Below are positions 22,526 through 33,081 of a stretch of DNA of 64,000 nt, in pieces. The notes under the pieces were generated by a model. That model made no database searches. It worked only from the letters and a program-made list of their open reading frames with translations, and was not told the DNA's origin. The position numbers were made by a program, and so were the translations under genes. Every line of letters begins with the position of its first letter. Position 1 is the first letter of the stretch. Source of the DNA: Escherichia coli (GTDB lineage: Bacteria > Pseudomonadota > Gammaproteobacteria > Enterobacterales > Enterobacteriaceae); NCBI RefSeq assembly GCF_046105845.1, contig NZ_CP151004.1; one strand, 5' to 3'.

Positions 22526-23821
22526 ATGGTTATCAAATCACCTCCCACGCTGATTCCTTTATCACACTTATCGGGTGAGGAACTCCAGGCCCACCTGCGC
22601 TTTAACCGGGTTACCGATGAAAAAGGACGTTATCTACCTTTTGATGAGTTGCAGTACCGCATCAAAAAAGGAGAAAACGTCGAAGTGGCGTGGACGCTTA
22701 CCCGTCTGGCGCGCAACGCGGCGATCCAACGAATCAATTATTGCAATGAAGCGGGTGAACAGGCCGGATACAACATTACCCCGGTGATTGCAGAAGCGTG
22801 CGAGCTTGTCGACAAACGTGCTACCGCGCTGGCGCTGAAAGATCAGACTGAACGGTTACGCGGGGCCGGAGCCGAGTTAAGCCAGTTACGCCTGGAAGAG
22901 CCGATCACCAGCTCCCAGCTGGAAGGTGCGAATACTACAACGCTGGTGGCGAGAAAAATGCTGGAAACAGGGCGGTCGCCACGCACTGAAGACGAGCATA
23001 TGATTGCAGGAAATGCCCGACTGATGGCGGAAATTCCGCACTTACTCGCAGAACCGCTGACACCTGCGCTTATTCGCCAGTTACATGCCATTGGTATGGG
23101 TGGAATCAATGACGCGAAATATCGTCCGGGAGAATTTCGTGAAACAGATGATGTTGTGATCGCCGACTATGACGGCAATATTGTGCACCAACCGCCCGCT
23201 GCGGCATTGTTGCCGGAACGGCTGGAAAAAGTTTGCCAGTGGTTAAACAGCCATGAAGGGTATATTCACCCGTTAATCCGTGCCTGCATTCTGCATTTTA
23301 TGCTGGCCCATGAACATCCATTTCGCGATGGCAACGGGCGCACCAGTCGGGCACTGTTTTACTGGTATATGCTGAAATCGGGCTACGATGTTTTTAAATA
23401 TATTTCCATCAGCCGTTTTCTTCATGCTGCGCCAGTCAAATATGCTGCCAGCTACCAGTACACTGAATCAGACGGTATGGATCTGACTTATTTCCTTGAG
23501 TATCAGGCGGGTGTCATTAAACGTGCTTTGCAAAACTGGCAGCAGCATATTGATGAAATTATGCAACGAAGTGCAAAACTCGATAGTGTGCTGTTTAGCT
23601 CTGGTGTGCTTAAACGCCTGAATCCGCGCCAGGTAACGCTCCTGAATGTGATGCTCGCCAATCCGGGGAAAGAGTACACAGTTGCTGAAATTAGCGCGAG
23701 CCTGGGCGTCTCTGATAATACGGCTCGAGCTGATTTACGGACAATTGTTAAAGAAGGGTTTGCGCAAGAGAAAAGAATTAATAACCAGCAAGCAGTGTAC
23801 GTCGCACACTACCCGCTGTAG
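22526..23821 (+). CDS. Fic-domain protein (putative AMP-transferase), 431 aa, with N-terminal inhibitory-type motif and C-terminal HTH-like region
   Basis: Canonical Fic motif [12 protein letters not shown] at residues 264-275; S-x-x-x-E-G match (SSQLEG) at residues 129-134; C-terminal about 70 aa resembles a winged helix-turn-helix. Confidence 0.85.
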   Translation: MVIKSPPTLIPLSHLSGEELQAHLRFNRVTDEKGRYLPFDELQYRIKKGENVEVAWTLTRLARNAAIQRINYCNEAGEQAGYNITPVIAEACELVDKRATALALKDQTERLRGAGAELSQLRLEEPITSSQLEGANTTTLVARKMLETGRSPRTEDEHMIAGNARLMAEIPHLLAEPLTPALIRQLHAIGMGGINDAKYRPGEFRETDDVVIADYDGNIVHQPPAAALLPERLEKVCQWLNSHEGYIHPLIRACILHFMLAHEHPFRDGNGRTSRALFYWYMLKSGYDVFKYISISRFLHAAPVKYAASYQYTESDGMDLTYFLEYQAGVIKRALQNWQQHIDEIMQRSAKLDSVLFSSGVLKRLNPRQVTLLNVMLANPGKEYTVAEISASLGVSDNTARADLRTIVKEGFAQEKRINNQQAVYVAHYPL

Positions 23822-23928
23822 CTTTTGCCCGTAAATTCGTGATAGCCGTCGTAAAGCTGTTACCGACTGGCGAAGATTTCGCCAGCCACGTCTACCCTTG
23901 TTATACCTCACACCGCAAGGAGACGATC

Positions 23929-25467
23929 ATGACCAATAATCCCCCTTCAGCACAGATTAAGCCCGGCGAGTATGGTTTTCCTCTTAAGTTAAAAGCCCGT
24001 TATGACAACTTTATTGGCGGCGAATGGGTAGCCCCTGCCGATGGTGAGTATTACCAGAACCTGACGCCGGTGACCGGGCAGCTGCTGTGCGAAGTGGCGT
24101 CTTCGGGCAAACGAGACATCGATCTGGCGCTGGATGCTGCGCACAAAGTGAAAGATAAATGGGCGCATACCTCGGTACAGGATCGCGCGGCGATTCTATT
24201 CAAGATTGCCGATCGGATGGAGCAGAACCTCGAACTGTTGGCGACGGCAGAAACCTGGGATAACGGCAAACCCATTCGCGAAACCAGTGCTGCCGACGTG
24301 CCGCTGGCGATTGACCATTTCCGCTATTTTGCCTCGTGTATTCGGGCGCAGGAAGGCGGGATCAGTGAAGTCGATAGCGAAACCGTGGCCTATCATTTCC
24401 ACGAACCATTAGGCGTGGTGGGGCAGATTATCCCGTGGAACTTCCCGCTGCTGATGGCGAGCTGGAAAATGGCCCCTGCGCTGGCGGCGGGCAACTGCGT
24501 GGTGCTGAAACCCGCACGGCTTACCCCGCTTTCTGTACTGCTGCTAATGGAAATCGTCGGTGATTTACTGCCGCCGGGCGTGGTGAACGTGGTCAACGGC
24601 GCGGGTGGGGAAATTGGCGAATATCTGGCGACCTCGAAACGTATCGCCAAAGTGGCGTTTACCGGCTCAACGGAAGTGGGCCAACAAATTATGCAGTACG
24701 CCACGCAAAACATTATTCCGGTAACCCTGGAGCTGGGCGGCAAGTCGCCAAATATCTTCTTTGCTGACGTGATGGATGAAGAAGATGCCTTTTTCGATAA
24801 AGCGCTGGAAGGCTTTGCACTGTTTGCCTTTAACCAGGGCGAAGTTTGCACCTGTCCAAGCCGTGCTTTAGTGCAGGAGTCTATCTACGAACGCTTTATG
24901 GAACGCGCCATCCGCCGTGTCGAAAGCATTCGTAGCGGTAACCCGCTCGACAGCGTGACGCAAATGGGCGCGCAGGTATCTCACGGGCAACTGGAAACCA
25001 TCCTCAATTACATTGATATCGGCAAAAAAGAGGGCGCAGATGTGCTTACCGGCGGGCGGCGCAAGCTGCTGGAAGGCGAACTGAAAGACGGCTACTACCT
25101 CGAACCGACGATTTTGTTTGGTCAGAACAATATGCGCGTGTTCCAGGAGGAGATTTTTGGCCCGGTGCTGGCGGTAACCACCTTCAAAACGATGGACGAG
25201 GCGCTGGAGCTGGCGAATGACACGCAATATGGCCTGGGCGCGGGCGTCTGGAGCCGCAACGGTAATCTGGCCTATAAGATGGGGCGCGGCATTCAGGCCG
25301 GGCGCGTGTGGACCAACTGTTATCACGCTTACCCGGCACATGCGGCGTTTGGCGGCTACAAACAATCAGGTATCGGACGCGAAACCCATAAGATGATGCT
25401 TGAGCATTACCAGCAAACCAAGTGCCTGCTGGTGAGCTACTCGGATAAACCGTTGGGGCTGTTCTGA
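23929..25467 (+). CDS. aldB: aldehyde dehydrogenase B
   Basis: 512 aa from [17 protein letters not shown] (RBS aggag upstream); aldehyde dehydrogenase family with catalytic Cys region; the 542-aa ORF is a 5-prime extension. Confidence 0.9.
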   Translation: MTNNPPSAQIKPGEYGFPLKLKARYDNFIGGEWVAPADGEYYQNLTPVTGQLLCEVASSGKRDIDLALDAAHKVKDKWAHTSVQDRAAILFKIADRMEQNLELLATAETWDNGKPIRETSAADVPLAIDHFRYFASCIRAQEGGISEVDSETVAYHFHEPLGVVGQIIPWNFPLLMASWKMAPALAAGNCVVLKPARLTPLSVLLLMEIVGDLLPPGVVNVVNGAGGEIGEYLATSKRIAKVAFTGSTEVGQQIMQYATQNIIPVTLELGGKSPNIFFADVMDEEDAFFDKALEGFALFAFNQGEVCTCPSRALVQESIYERFMERAIRRVESIRSGNPLDSVTQMGAQVSHGQLETILNYIDIGKKEGADVLTGGRRKLLEGELKDGYYLEPTILFGQNNMRVFQEEIFGPVLAVTTFKTMDEALELANDTQYGLGAGVWSRNGNLAYKMGRGIQAGRVWTNCYHAYPAHAAFGGYKQSGIGRETHKMMLEHYQQTKCLLVSYSDKPLGLF

Positions 25468-25744
25468 TATAAGAAGCTGGTCGCATTGGGTATTCATTGC
25501 CTGATGCGACGTTTGCGCGTTTTATCAATTCAAATGTCTACGTCTTGAATGACTGAATATTGATTGAACTTAATTACGAGTCTCCTCGCATATTTTCTAC
25601 CAATTACTGCACACCGTTATTCTTCTTCCGAGTGGCATTCCTGAGTCAACTTTATCCCCCTGACGGCCCATATAAATCGCGCTATCGTGATTGTTATCGC
25701 TAATTGTGTGTGTATCGTGTGTATAATCATGGAAGGGCAGGGAT

Positions 25745-25930
25745 GTGAAAAGTGCAGACGTGATCGCCATCCTGAAGCAGCATGGCTGGGAACATATTCG
25801 AACCCGTGGCAGTCATCATCAGTTCCGCCACCCTGTTCATCCGGGTCTGGTGACGGTTCCGCACCCTAAAAAAGATATTAAGCCCGGTACGCTGGCGCAA
25901 ATTGGGCGTCAGGCTGGTTTAACATTTTAA
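25745..25930 (+). CDS. hicA: HicA-family toxin
   Basis: 61-aa basic protein (GTG start) ...LKQHGWEHIRTRGSHHQFRHP...; size and G-S-H-H motif fit HicA; immediately followed by hicB. Confidence 0.75.
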   Translation: MKSADVIAILKQHGWEHIRTRGSHHQFRHPVHPGLVTVPHPKKDIKPGTLAQIGRQAGLTF

Positions 25931-25946
25931 AATTTCAGGAGGCAAT

Positions 25947-26357
25947 ATGTTTTATCCCGCCTATATCCACAGTGATCCTGACGGCAGCGCCAGCGGTTTT
26001 TTCCCTGATGTTCCAGGCTGTTATTTTGCTGGTGATACGCTGGACAACGCTTTCCAGGATGCGCGAAGTGCACTGGTCGCGCACTTCGAAACCTTATGCG
26101 AGATGAATGAAGAGTTGCCGCTTCCAGGCTCTGTGGAAACACATCTGGTCCAGCGTGCGCAGGACTTTATTGGCGGGCAATGGTTGCTGGTGGATATCAA
26201 TATGAATCAATTCGAAGGTCGGGCTGAACGTATCAATATTACGATGCCAAAAAGATTACTGAACAAGATTGATACCTACGTGCGCAATAACCCAGACTAT
26301 GCCAACAGAAGTGCGTTTCTGGCGGAAGCTGCCCGGCGTGTATTGCCGGGCGTTTAA
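25947..26357 (+). CDS. hicB: HicB-family antitoxin with C-terminal ribbon-helix-helix-like region
   Basis: 136 aa; N-terminal HicB-like fold; C-terminal RINITMPKRLLNKIDTYV...RSAFLAEAARR resembles an RHH DNA-binding domain; 16-bp gap after hicA. Confidence 0.75.
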   Translation: MFYPAYIHSDPDGSASGFFPDVPGCYFAGDTLDNAFQDARSALVAHFETLCEMNEELPLPGSVETHLVQRAQDFIGGQWLLVDINMNQFEGRAERINITMPKRLLNKIDTYVRNNPDYANRSAFLAEAARRVLPGV

Positions 26358-26402
26358 TCTCGCGTTTCGATGGTTGGCGGGCAACCGCACCGATATGTTG
26401 AT

Positions 26403-26432
26403 ACTGATAAGACGCGTTAAGCGTCGCATCAT
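26403..26432. repeat. REP-like element at the hicB / glycosidase 3-prime junction
   Basis: ctgataagacgcgttaagcgtcgcatcatg resembles a REP unit; a partial REP-like gcctgatgcgacg lies near 25500 after aldB. Confidence 0.5.
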
Positions 26433-28393
26433 GCGCTGGTTTCCTCATTCACCCAGATCCGCATTTCGCCTTCACCCCGGTTGGCCCAGCTAAACCACGG
26501 GATAAAGGTCAGGGTTTGCGGCTGGCGTTTGGCTGGCGCACTGTCGTAATGCCACAGCGGTTGTTGTTCTGGATTGCTCTGTTCATACCGGTAACCCGGT
26601 GCCTGGATTAAGATCTTATGGCTGAACAATCCCTTACCTTCAAATGTCGTAAATGGCGCATCGGCGGGCAGCCACAGATTATGCAGTGACTCGCCGTTGT
26701 CGGCCTGTTCCAGGCAATACACCAGCGGGCCGCGCTGAATCGCCACTTTTCCGGCGACGTGACGCACCAGCGGGTTACCGTAAACGCGGCGTACCGGCAT
26801 CGGCAAAGTCAGATTCAGCGTATCGCCCTCCTGCCATTCGCAGGTAATGTGCAAATACCCTTTACGAATATCCTGCTCGACCTCTTCCCCATTCAATATG
26901 ATCTGCGGCTGTGTGCACCAGTCCGGCAGACGTAAAGCCAGCGTATGACGCACCGGCTGGGGCGATTCAACCGCAATTGTCACCTGTTCCTGCCACGGAT
27001 AGTTTCCGCTAACCCGCAGACGCAGCGTGCCATTTTCTACCGGCACTTCCATGCTGTTTCCTGCGTAGATGTTGATATACAACGCATCTTCACGCGGCGT
27101 GTAGAGATAATGACCAATCGAGGTTAGCACGCGGGCGATATTTGGCGGACAACAAGCGCAACCAAACCAACGCTGGCGGATCGGCTTAACGTGATCGTAG
27201 ATATGGTTGAATTTTAACGTTTTTGGATGCACTTCCAGCGGATTAACGTAGAAGAAATGTTTGCCATCCAGCGCCATGCCGCCGAGCACGGTGTTGTACA
27301 GTGCGCGCTCCATCACATCGGCATATTGACTGTCGCCTTCCATTTCCAGCATTCGCCGGGCGAACATCATCAGGCCGATGGAAGCACAGCTTTCGGCGTA
27401 TACCGTGTCATTCGGCAGATCGTAATCGCTGCTGAACGCTTCGCCGCTGCTTTGTGAGCCAATGCCGCCGGTAATATATAACTGACGCTGGGCCATATTG
27501 TTCCACAGCCGCAGGCAGTCCTGACGCTTGCTTTCATCGTGACTTAAACGCGCGAGATGCGCGACACCGGTCATCAGATATACAAAGCGTACTGCATGTC
27601 CGATGGCGGTTTGTTGCTGTGCGATGGGCAAATGCGCCTGGCTGTAGGCTTTATCTTTCACCATCCACGCCGGGCCGTAGGTGTGCCAGTGCGAGGTCTG
27701 CCCGCGCTTTTCATATTCCTGGTCGTAATAGTGCGGTTGCGCACCACGCTGTTCGACAAAATAGTTCGTCAGCGCCAGGTAGCGCGGCTCTTCGGTCACT
27801 TCATACAGGCGCATTAGTGCCAGTTCAATTTCCGGGTGACCAGGATAACCGTGTAACTTACTTTCACCTGGACCAAATACGCTGTCGATATGATCGGCCA
27901 GACGGCAAACCACTTCCAGCAAGCGCCGCTTGCCCGTGGCCTGGAGGAAGGCGACTCCGGCTTCAATCAGATGACCGGCGCAGTAAAGTTCATGACACTC
28001 CGCCAGATTGCTCCAGCGTTCTTCGGGCGCTTTTACCGTAAAGTAAGTATTGAGATAGCCATCTTCGCACTGGGCGGAAGCGACCAGTTCGATTACCTCG
28101 TCAGCGGTTTTTTCCAGTTCGGCATCCGGCTTCTGGCACAGCGACCAGGCTACCGCTTCCAGCCATTTGGCGACGTCGCTGTCCTGAAACACCATCCCGT
28201 AAAATTCACCGTCTTGCAGTCCTGCGGCAATGCGAAAGTTTTCAATCGCATGGCTGGGTTCCGCTTCTGGGATACGATCGTTCAAGGCATCCCACTGATA
28301 AGGAATCACCACGTCGCGGACCAGTTGTTGGTACTGACCGAGGAACGGATCGCTGACCGTCAGTTTATGCAGATCGACTTCCGAAATGTTCAT
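26429..28393 (-). CDS. glycoside hydrolase family 127-like protein (DUF1680 / beta-L-arabinofuranosidase-like)
   Basis: About 654 aa from MNISEVDLHKLTVSDPF; AAGGAG RBS 6 nt upstream of this start; Cys-rich C-terminal half as in HypBA1-type enzymes; assignment is from family resemblance by eye. Confidence 0.65.
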   Translation of the reverse strand: MNISEVDLHKLTVSDPFLGQYQQLVRDVVIPYQWDALNDRIPEAEPSHAIENFRIAAGLQDGEFYGMVFQDSDVAKWLEAVAWSLCQKPDAELEKTADEVIELVASAQCEDGYLNTYFTVKAPEERWSNLAECHELYCAGHLIEAGVAFLQATGKRRLLEVVCRLADHIDSVFGPGESKLHGYPGHPEIELALMRLYEVTEEPRYLALTNYFVEQRGAQPHYYDQEYEKRGQTSHWHTYGPAWMVKDKAYSQAHLPIAQQQTAIGHAVRFVYLMTGVAHLARLSHDESKRQDCLRLWNNMAQRQLYITGGIGSQSSGEAFSSDYDLPNDTVYAESCASIGLMMFARRMLEMEGDSQYADVMERALYNTVLGGMALDGKHFFYVNPLEVHPKTLKFNHIYDHVKPIRQRWFGCACCPPNIARVLTSIGHYLYTPREDALYINIYAGNSMEVPVENGTLRLRVSGNYPWQEQVTIAVESPQPVRHTLALRLPDWCTQPQIILNGEEVEQDIRKGYLHITCEWQEGDTLNLTLPMPVRRVYGNPLVRHVAGKVAIQRGPLVYCLEQADNGESLHNLWLPADAPFTTFEGKGLFSHKILIQAPGYRYEQSNPEQQPLWHYDSAPAKRQPQTLTFIPWFSWANRGEGEMRIWVNEETSA

Positions 28394-28403
28394 CTTGTGC
28401 TCC

Positions 28404-29804
28404 TTAAGGCTGTACATGACGCTGACGCAGGTCGCTAGCTATGCGTGACATCATAGGGTTATTGAGTTTGCAAAAGCGGATCGCCATCGCCAGCAGCAGG
28501 TGGAATAGCGCAGGCAGCAATGTTTCCATCGCCGCGATCCCGCCAAGCGAACTGGCGGTCTGGTTTTCCACGCCTGGCTGGTAGGCGACAAAAATAAACA
28601 GCAGGCTGATGATCCCGGCGCTGGAGGCCCAGGCCAGCTTGATGAAAAACAGATTGAAGGCGAAGTTCATGCCGGAAGAACGTACGCGGGTTTTCCACTC
28701 GCCGTAGTCATCGGCAAAGGCCATCAATGAGAAGTGCAGTGGCAATGTGAAGCCAAGAATCACGCCATTACCGAGGATCACCGCCAGCCACAGCGTTTGA
28801 TAAGCCGGGCCGGAGGGCAGGAACCACATCAACACCGCCAGCGCGGCGAGGAGCAGGTTGGTGTAGTAGTAAATTTTGACGGTATCGAAACGCCGCGTTA
28901 ACGGGCTGACAATCACCGAGCCGATAATGGAGGCGAAGGTGACCATGGTGAAGAACAGCGACGTGTAGCCCGTACTGCCTTGTAAGACGTAGGTAATGAA
29001 GTACATATACCCACCGCCGCGAATATTAAAGACGTTAATCAGCAGGAAAGACATGACCAGCATCAGCAGCAGTTGGTCGTTGTTCCGCAGCCCGGCAAGA
29101 TGTTCGCGCAGGGTAAATTTCCCCATTGTGGAGAGTGGCACCCGTTCACGAACCCAGAAGAAACAGCACAGGAACATCACCACGGCAATGGCGCACAATA
29201 CGCCGACGCCCAGTTGATAGCCGCGCGCGGCATTACCCTGACCGAAGAGATCCACCATCCACGGCAGGCCAACCGAAACCAGAAATCCCGCTACGCCGCA
29301 GAGAACGAATCGCCAGGACTGGCAGGAGATCACTTCATTGTGGCGGGTGGTCATGGTGTTGATCAGCGCGCAGTACGGCACGTTGATGACGGTATAACCG
29401 ACTGAAAGGAGCAGGTAAGTGCCGAACGCCCAGGCGATTTTTACTCCCATGCTGGCATCTGGCACGGTGAACGTCAGGATGCCGATAATGCCGATGGGAA
29501 TGGCAATCCACAACTGCCACGGACGAAAGCGCCCCCAGCGACTTTGCGTCCGGTCGGCAATGACGCCCATCACCGGGTCGGAGATGGCATCAAACACGCG
29601 CAGTGCAATAAACAGCGTGCCGACCAGCGCCGGAGTTAAGCCAAAAACGTCGGTGTAGAAAAAGGTGAGAAAGTTCATGATCAGGCAAGTTATTACGGTG
29701 CCGCCTGCGTCACCCAGGCCGTAGCCTATTTTTTCCCGTACAGATAACGCATCGTCAATTTTACCTTTAGCGATATCAGCGGTAGTAATCGGTGTAGAGG
29801 TCAT
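28404..29804 (-). CDS. GPH-family (glycoside-pentoside-hexuronide) cation symporter
   Basis: 466-aa 12-TM protein; N-terminal GYGLGD motif and overall MelB/YicJ/XynT-like pattern. Confidence 0.8.
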   Translation of the reverse strand: MTSTPITTADIAKGKIDDALSVREKIGYGLGDAGGTVITCLIMNFLTFFYTDVFGLTPALVGTLFIALRVFDAISDPVMGVIADRTQSRWGRFRPWQLWIAIPIGIIGILTFTVPDASMGVKIAWAFGTYLLLSVGYTVINVPYCALINTMTTRHNEVISCQSWRFVLCGVAGFLVSVGLPWMVDLFGQGNAARGYQLGVGVLCAIAVVMFLCCFFWVRERVPLSTMGKFTLREHLAGLRNNDQLLLMLVMSFLLINVFNIRGGGYMYFITYVLQGSTGYTSLFFTMVTFASIIGSVIVSPLTRRFDTVKIYYYTNLLLAALAVLMWFLPSGPAYQTLWLAVILGNGVILGFTLPLHFSLMAFADDYGEWKTRVRSSGMNFAFNLFFIKLAWASSAGIISLLFIFVAYQPGVENQTASSLGGIAAMETLLPALFHLLLAMAIRFCKLNNPMMSRIASDLRQRHVQP

Positions 29805-30029
29805 AGATATTCCTCGTGAATAGGGAGCAATTTTTAGTTTTATTGCAATGACCTGATTAATTCTGCCGTGAACGGGAATATCAACAAGGCGAGAAAAGAG
29901 TAAAAAAAGGTGACGATTCCGACCTGAATTTAAAAGTGTGAATTGGATCAGGTGAAATTAATGTTTTTGATTAATAATCAAAAGGTAATGTGTTTAATCA
30001 TTAATGAATAAGCGGGAAATTACATATCA

Positions 30030-30845
30030 ATGCTCGAATTATCCATGACGTTACCGATTAAAGTGCAAAATGGTGGATTATTTATTTCCCGTGGCGTAGG
30101 GAGGCATCCGGCAAGGCGGCTGGAGTCATGGGAAATTATCTTTGTCGAAAAAGGTCGATTAACGATTCAGGAAGAAGAGCGGATATTTCTGGTCGATGCG
30201 GGAGAGAGTTTATTACTCTGGCCGAACCGACAGCATGTTGGGGTAGAGGATTTTCCCGCCGATCTCAAATTTTACTGGCTGCATTTTGAGGTTAAAGCGC
30301 CGGATAGCGACCCGCGCTGGCTCACTCATCTTAGCGTGCCGCAACAAACGAAGGTTGCCGATCCGCAGGCGCTGGTGGCCCTGTTTCGCCAGTTCTTAAG
30401 CGAACAGGAAAAGCATCAGCGCACTCCGGCGCTGGAGTTTATTGTGCTGCTGATTTTGCAGCAACTCACCCGTGACGCGCGTCTTGATGAACAGGCCGAT
30501 GCCGCAGGTACCACGCTTGCCTGGAAAGCGCAGAAACTGATCCGCACGCAATATCATCGCCCGCTTTCCACGGCGCTTTTAGCCCGCGAGCTGTACTGCA
30601 ATGCCGATTATCTTGGGCGCGTCTATCGGCGGGTGTTTCATCTGACGTTAACAGAAGCAATCCATCGCCAGCGAGTGCGCGAAGCCGAAAAGCTGTTAAT
30701 TAGCGAAGCGCGATCGCTCACTGAAGTGGCTGCGTTGTGCGGGTTTAATGACGTTGGCTATTTCCGGCAGATTTTTCGCAAACACACCGGTTTAACGCCA
30801 GCAGCGTGGAAGCGGCGTTACAGCAAGGAACATATCAATTCGTAG
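30030..30845 (+). CDS. AraC/XylS-family transcriptional regulator
   Basis: 271-aa ORF with cupin-like N-terminal sugar-binding region and C-terminal AraC-type HTH; divergent from the symporter. Confidence 0.8.
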   Translation: MLELSMTLPIKVQNGGLFISRGVGRHPARRLESWEIIFVEKGRLTIQEEERIFLVDAGESLLLWPNRQHVGVEDFPADLKFYWLHFEVKAPDSDPRWLTHLSVPQQTKVADPQALVALFRQFLSEQEKHQRTPALEFIVLLILQQLTRDARLDEQADAAGTTLAWKAQKLIRTQYHRPLSTALLARELYCNADYLGRVYRRVFHLTLTEAIHRQRVREAEKLLISEARSLTEVAALCGFNDVGYFRQIFRKHTGLTPAAWKRRYSKEHINS

Positions 30846-30846
30846 T

Positions 30847-30868
30847 GCCGGGGCGATGAAGCCCCGGC
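30847..30868. terminator. GC-rich hairpin between convergent AraC-family gene and sgbE
   Basis: gccggggcgatgaagccccggc perfect stem-loop; no T-run. Confidence 0.4.
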
Positions 30869-30876
30869 GTGAGGGA

Positions 30877-31572
30877 TTACTGCCCGTAATAGGCATTGGC
30901 CCCATGTTTACGCAGGTAGTGCTTATCCAGCAGTTCGTTTTGCATCGCAGGGAGCTGCGGCGCAAGCTGGCGCGAGAACAGGCCCATATAGGCGCACTCT
31001 TCCAGCACTACGGCATTATGCACCGCATCGGCGGCGTTTTTACCCCAGGCGAACGGGCCGTGAGAATGCACCAGTACCGCCGGGATTTGCGCCGGACTCC
31101 TGCCGCGTTCTTCGAAAGTTTCAATGATCACTTCGCCGGTCTGGTATTCATACTCGCCGTTGATCTCCTCTGCGGTCATCTGTCGCGTGCAGGGGATGGC
31201 ACCATAGAAATAATCAGCGTGCGTGGTGCCCCAGGCGGGGAGATCCAGCCCGGCCTGCGACCAGATGGTCGCGTGGCGCGAGTGGGTATGCACAATGCCA
31301 CCGATTTCGGCATAGCGACGGTAAAGCGCCAGATGCGTTGGCGTGTCGGACGAGGGCTTTTTGCTGCCTTCTACCACCTTACCGCTGGCTATCTCAACCA
31401 CCACCATATCGTCGGCGGTCATCACGTCGTACTCGACGCCGGAAGGTTTGATTACCATCCATTGCCGCGCTTCGTCTACCGCGCTGACATTGCCCCAGGT
31501 GAACGTCACCAGATGGTGAGCGGGAAGCGCCAGATTCGCCGCCAGCACGTCGGCTTTCAGTTGCTCTAACAT
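30877..31572 (-). CDS. sgbE: L-ribulose-5-phosphate 4-epimerase
   Basis: 231-aa class II aldolase/epimerase [30 protein letters not shown]... Confidence 0.9.
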   Translation of the reverse strand: MLEQLKADVLAANLALPAHHLVTFTWGNVSAVDEARQWMVIKPSGVEYDVMTADDMVVVEIASGKVVEGSKKPSSDTPTHLALYRRYAEIGGIVHTHSRHATIWSQAGLDLPAWGTTHADYFYGAIPCTRQMTAEEINGEYEYQTGEVIIETFEERGRSPAQIPAVLVHSHGPFAWGKNAADAVHNAVVLEECAYMGLFSRQLAPQLPAMQNELLDKHYLRKHGANAYYGQ

Positions 31573-32426
31573 ATAAAACCTGCCTCCTGCATACGCGCTT
31601 CAATCCAGCGCCGCGCCTGAATAATCTCCAGCACCGGCTCTTTGGCTTTTTCGGTCCACATCTCAATCAGGAAAGAACCGCGATAGTTCAGTTCATGCAG
31701 CGTTTTGAAGATGCCAACGAAATCGACGCAGCCTTCGCCAAACGGCACATCACGGAACTGTCCGGGGCTTTGCTCGGTAACTGGCTGGGTGTCTTTCAGG
31801 TGGATCGCGGCGATACGATCAATGCCCAGTTTCAGTTCGGCGGGAACATCATTGCCCCAGGCGCTGAGGTTGCCGACGTCCGGGTAGACGGTGAACCACG
31901 GCGAGGCGAGCCTCTCGTCCCATTTTTTCCATTTGCTGATGGAGTTCATAAACGCGGTATCCATAATCTCCACCGCCAGCATTACTTGTGATGCCGCCGC
32001 CTGTTCGACCGCCCACGCCAGCCCTTCAGCAAAACGTTGCTGGGTGCCTTCGTCGTGGTCTTCGTAATAGACGTCATAACCCGCCAGTTGAATGGTGCGA
32101 ATGCCGAGATCGCGCGCCAGGCGAATCGCTTTACTCATGATTTCCCGCGCCCGTTCGCGCACCGCCTCGTCCCGGCTGCCAAAGGGAAAGCGACGATGTG
32201 CGGACAGGCACATTGACGGAATGGCAACACCCGTTTCGATCATCGCAGTGACCAGCGAAGCACGTTGTGCGGCGCTCCAGTCAAGGCGTGACAAACGTTC
32301 GTCAGTTTCATCCACCGACATTTCGACAAAATCAAAACCGCAGCTTTTCGCCAGCACCAGCCGCTCGGGCCAGGAGAGATCTTTCGCCAGCGCTTTTTCA
32401 TAAATCCCTAACGGATGATTACGCAC
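31566..32426 (-). CDS. sgbU: L-xylulose-5-phosphate 3-epimerase
   Basis: 286 aa from GTG start (M)[22 protein letters not shown]; the ORF track begins 30 codons upstream. Confidence 0.85.
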   Translation of the reverse strand: MRNHPLGIYEKALAKDLSWPERLVLAKSCGFDFVEMSVDETDERLSRLDWSAAQRASLVTAMIETGVAIPSMCLSAHRRFPFGSRDEAVRERAREIMSKAIRLARDLGIRTIQLAGYDVYYEDHDEGTQQRFAEGLAWAVEQAAASQVMLAVEIMDTAFMNSISKWKKWDERLASPWFTVYPDVGNLSAWGNDVPAELKLGIDRIAAIHLKDTQPVTEQSPGQFRDVPFGEGCVDFVGIFKTLHELNYRGSFLIEMWTEKAKEPVLEIIQARRWIEARMQEAGFIC

Positions 32427-33081
32427 GCGCGCCTCCCCAGATGGCATCAATTTGCGCATGGAAATCGCCTGCCACCTGTGCCGGATTTGCCGCGCCTGCC
32501 AGCGCCCGTCCGGCAATAAACGCCTTTACGCGGATATCTTTAAACAGTGGCAGATCAGCAGGAGTAATACCGCCGGTAATGGAAAGCTCAAAGCCGATAT
32601 CGGAAAGCGCCTTCATGCGTGCCAGATCGGCTTCGCCCCACTGTTGCCCGCTGGCCTGCGCGTCACGACCGCGATGATAAATGGCCTGCCGCACGCCAAT
32701 ACGATGCCAGTCGCGGGCGTCGTCCAGCGTCCAGTTACCGAACAGCTCTATCTGAATTTCACCACCGCAGCGTTGCGCCATGGCGTGGCCTTTTTCCACC
32801 GTCGCGAGCGGCGCGGCGCAGATGATGGTCATCCAGTTAGCGCCTGCGCCAAACGCCTGTTGCGCGAGCGTTTCACCAGCGTCGGCGACCTTCCAGTCAG
32901 CAACGATGATTTTGTCCGGGCACTGTTCGCGCAAGGCTTTCACCGCGCCAAGCCCTTCGTTTAAACAGAGAATGGTGCCCGCTTCGACGATATCGACGCT
33001 GTCTTTTAACAGCGTCACGTCGCGCTGCGCGGCTTCAAGTGATGAGTGGTCGAGGGCCAGTTGCAGAAGTGGTCGGCTCAT
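32419..33081 (-). CDS. sgbH: 3-keto-L-gulonate-6-phosphate decarboxylase
   Basis: 220-aa OMP-decarboxylase-fold protein [19 protein letters not shown]... Confidence 0.9.
   Translation of the reverse strand: MSRPLLQLALDHSSLEAAQRDVTLLKDSVDIVEAGTILCLNEGLGAVKALREQCPDKIIVADWKVADAGETLAQQAFGAGANWMTIICAAPLATVEKGHAMAQRCGGEIQIELFGNWTLDDARDWHRIGVRQAIYHRGRDAQASGQQWGEADLARMKALSDIGFELSITGGITPADLPLFKDIRVKAFIAGRALAGAANPAQVAGDFHAQIDAIWGGARA

Noticed and set aside
30856-31569. 237-aa plus-strand ORF
   Set aside because: Antisense to sgbE, which is clearly the real gene.
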